DNA of 64,000 nucleotides from Octopus sinensis (Eukaryota): NCBI RefSeq assembly GCF_006345805.1, contig NC_043002.1, positions 9,672,001 to 9,736,000 of the forward strand, read 5' to 3'. Shown piece by piece: positions 61,759 to 64,000 of this stretch (position 1 is its first letter; each line of letters starts with the position of its first letter). The notes under the pieces were generated by a model. It saw only the letters and a program-made list of their open reading frames with translations, ran no database searches and was not told where the DNA came from. The position numbers and the translations under genes were made by a program.

Positions 61759-63198
61759 CATCATCATCATCATCATCATCATCATTTAGCGTCTGTTTTC
61801 CATGCTAGCATGGGTTGGACGGTTCAACTGGGGTCTGGGGAGCCCGAAGGCTGCACCAGGCCAGTCAGATCTGGCAGTGTTTCTACAGCTGGATGCCCTT
61901 CCTAACGCCAACCACTCCGAGAGTGTAGTGGGTGATTTTATGTGCCACCGACACAGGTGCCAGACGAGGCTGGCGAACGGCCACGCTCGGATGGTGTTTT
62001 TATGTGCCACCGACACAGGTGCCAGACGAGGCTGGCAGACGGCCACGCTCGGATGGTGTTTTTATGTGCCACCGACACAGGTGCCAGATGAGGCTGGCGG
62101 ACGGCCACGATCGGATGGTGTTTGTTACGTCCCCAAAGCACGGAGGCCAGTCTATGCGGTACTGGCTACGGCCACGTTCGGATGATTTTCTTGTGTGCCA
62201 CCGGCACTGGTACCACAAAGATACAAATTCCATTTATGTTCATCTATTTTGATTTGTTTTGATTTGATTTGATTTGATTTGATTTGATTTTCACTTGCCT
62301 CAACAGGTCTTCACAAGTGTCACAAGAAGGAAGGTATGCATAGGTGGACTGTCTACGTCGCCGGGTCTTCGGATGGTGTCTTTATGTGCCACCGACACAG
62401 GTGCCAGATGTGGCTGGCGAACGGCTACGATCGGATGGTTTTCTTGTGTGCCACCGGTACTGGAACCACAAAGATACAAATTCCATTGATGTTCATCTAT
62501 TTTGATTTGGTTTGATTGATTTCACTTGCCTCAACAGGTCTTCACAAGTGTCACGCGTGTCACACACTTGCCTCAACAGGTCTCCACAAGTGTCACACAC
62601 TTGCCTCTGCCTCAACAGGTCTTCACAAGTGTCACACACTTGCCTCTGCCTCAACAGGTCTTCACAAGTGTCATAAGAGGGAAGGTATGCACAGGTGGAC
62701 TGACTACGTCGCCGGGTCTTTGGATGGTTTTTTATGTGCCACCGACACAGGTGCCAGGTGAGGCTGGCGAACGGCCACGATCAGATGGTGTTTGTTGTGC
62801 CCACAGCATGGAGGCCAGTCGACGGCCACGTTCGGATGGTTTTCTTGTGTGCCACCGGTACTGGAACCACAAAGATACAAATTCCATTGATATTCATCTA
62901 TTTTGATTTGGTTTGATTTTCACTTGCCTCAACAGGTCTTCACAAGGGTCATACACTTGCCTCAACAGGTCTCCACAAGTGTCACACACTTGCCTCTGCC
63001 TCAACAGGTCTTCACAAGTGTCACACACTTGCCTCAACAGGTCTTCACAAGTGTCATAAGAGGGAAGGTATGCACAGGTGGACTGACTACGTCGCCGGGT
63101 CTTCGGATGGTGTCTTTATGTGCCACCGGCACAGGTGCCAGATGAGGCTGGCGAACGGCCACGATCGGATGGTGTGTGTTGTGCCCACAGCACGGAGG
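61759..63198 (-). mobile_element. RTE-type LINE 3' UTR with expanded internal tandem repeats
   Basis: Repeated tgtgccaccgacacaggtgccag and cacttgcctcaacaggtcttcacaagtgtca units. Confidence 0.85.
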
Positions 63199-63199
63199 C

Positions 63200-63350
63200 T
63201 CTGTTCAAATTTTTATGGATCGTTCCTAATACACCTATAACTACTGGGATACATTTTACCCACATTTTCCATAGTCTCTGAAAATCAATCACTTTGTCCG
63301 GATACTTAACTATTTTTTCTATACCTCTCATATCGATTTTCTCATCCTTT
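63200..63350 (-). mobile_element. Fragment of an RLE-endonuclease LINE C-terminus
   Basis: KIVKYPD...QRLWKMWVKCIPVVIGVLG. Confidence 0.5.
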
Positions 63351-63380
63351 GGGACTGTAAAGTCAATTATCTAGTACTTT

Positions 63381-63428
<48 letters not shown>
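63381..63428. repeat. (CTA)n microsatellite
   Basis: Read directly. Confidence 0.95.
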
Positions 63429-64000
63429 AATCACGCCTAGCTTCTACTACCAGTTCAGTCTGAATGTTAGTCCCACAACATCTTAGGAATATACCTGGTT
63501 TTGTTTAGCTTGGCGTTTATCCAATTAGTCCTTAATGCTTGATCATGTGCAGCTACTAACAAACTTTCTGTCTCACTGTTCAATGATTTAGTAAATCACA
63601 TATACAGCTGCATGCGTGCGCACATACATACGAGTACTGTCCAAATCTCTGACCAATCACATACAGCTAGCTGGCATTCAATTGGCGTATCAAGTTTCGG
63701 GCATTTTGATTGGGTTTTGGATAGAAAATTCACAAAAAGTCACTTCCATTGACTTTTTAATGGCTTTGCGGGGTGACTGGAGAAATGTAAAGATGTGCAC
63801 AACCACCCTTGGACGGTTTTGAATGACCGTAGAAAGTGCGAGCCCTCTAACTGAAAAAATGCGGATTTGTATAAAGGACACACACACAGACATTTTGCCG
63901 TTTATATATAGAGATACGCTGGCAATATTATAAGAAAAAAAGAGGACGAAGATTTAATTACATACGCTGGAATCGTTAATAGGGTGTGTGAGAGATTTAA

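Overview
AT-rich, repeat-dense eukaryotic genomic DNA. The SINE, LINE and microsatellite families and the gene style suggest an octopus or other coleoid cephalopod (inference). Host genes, all on +: (1) the last four coding exons of a RASSF1/5-type gene (RA + SARAH domains, 1982-9094); (2) an unrecognised four-coding-exon gene (33562-36308) for a 149-aa secreted, 8-Cys, probably helical protein with leptin/cytokine-like echoes; (3) the first coding exon of RPLP2 (61104-61275). The rest is mostly transposons: tRNA-derived SINEs, RTE, CR1 and Tx1/L1 LINEs, Penelope-like relics, mariner, hAT, a Chapaev3-type CMC element, Helitrons and MITEs. Most striking: a ~363-bp tandem/inverted repeat carries a minimal type I hammerhead ribozyme with a U3-A8 core (4 copies, with covariation). 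A near full-length Tx1-clade LINE has inserted into it with a 17-bp target-site duplication just upstream of the ribozyme. This block is the core of a five-level transposon nest (48678-59591). All calls were made by eye; no searches were run.
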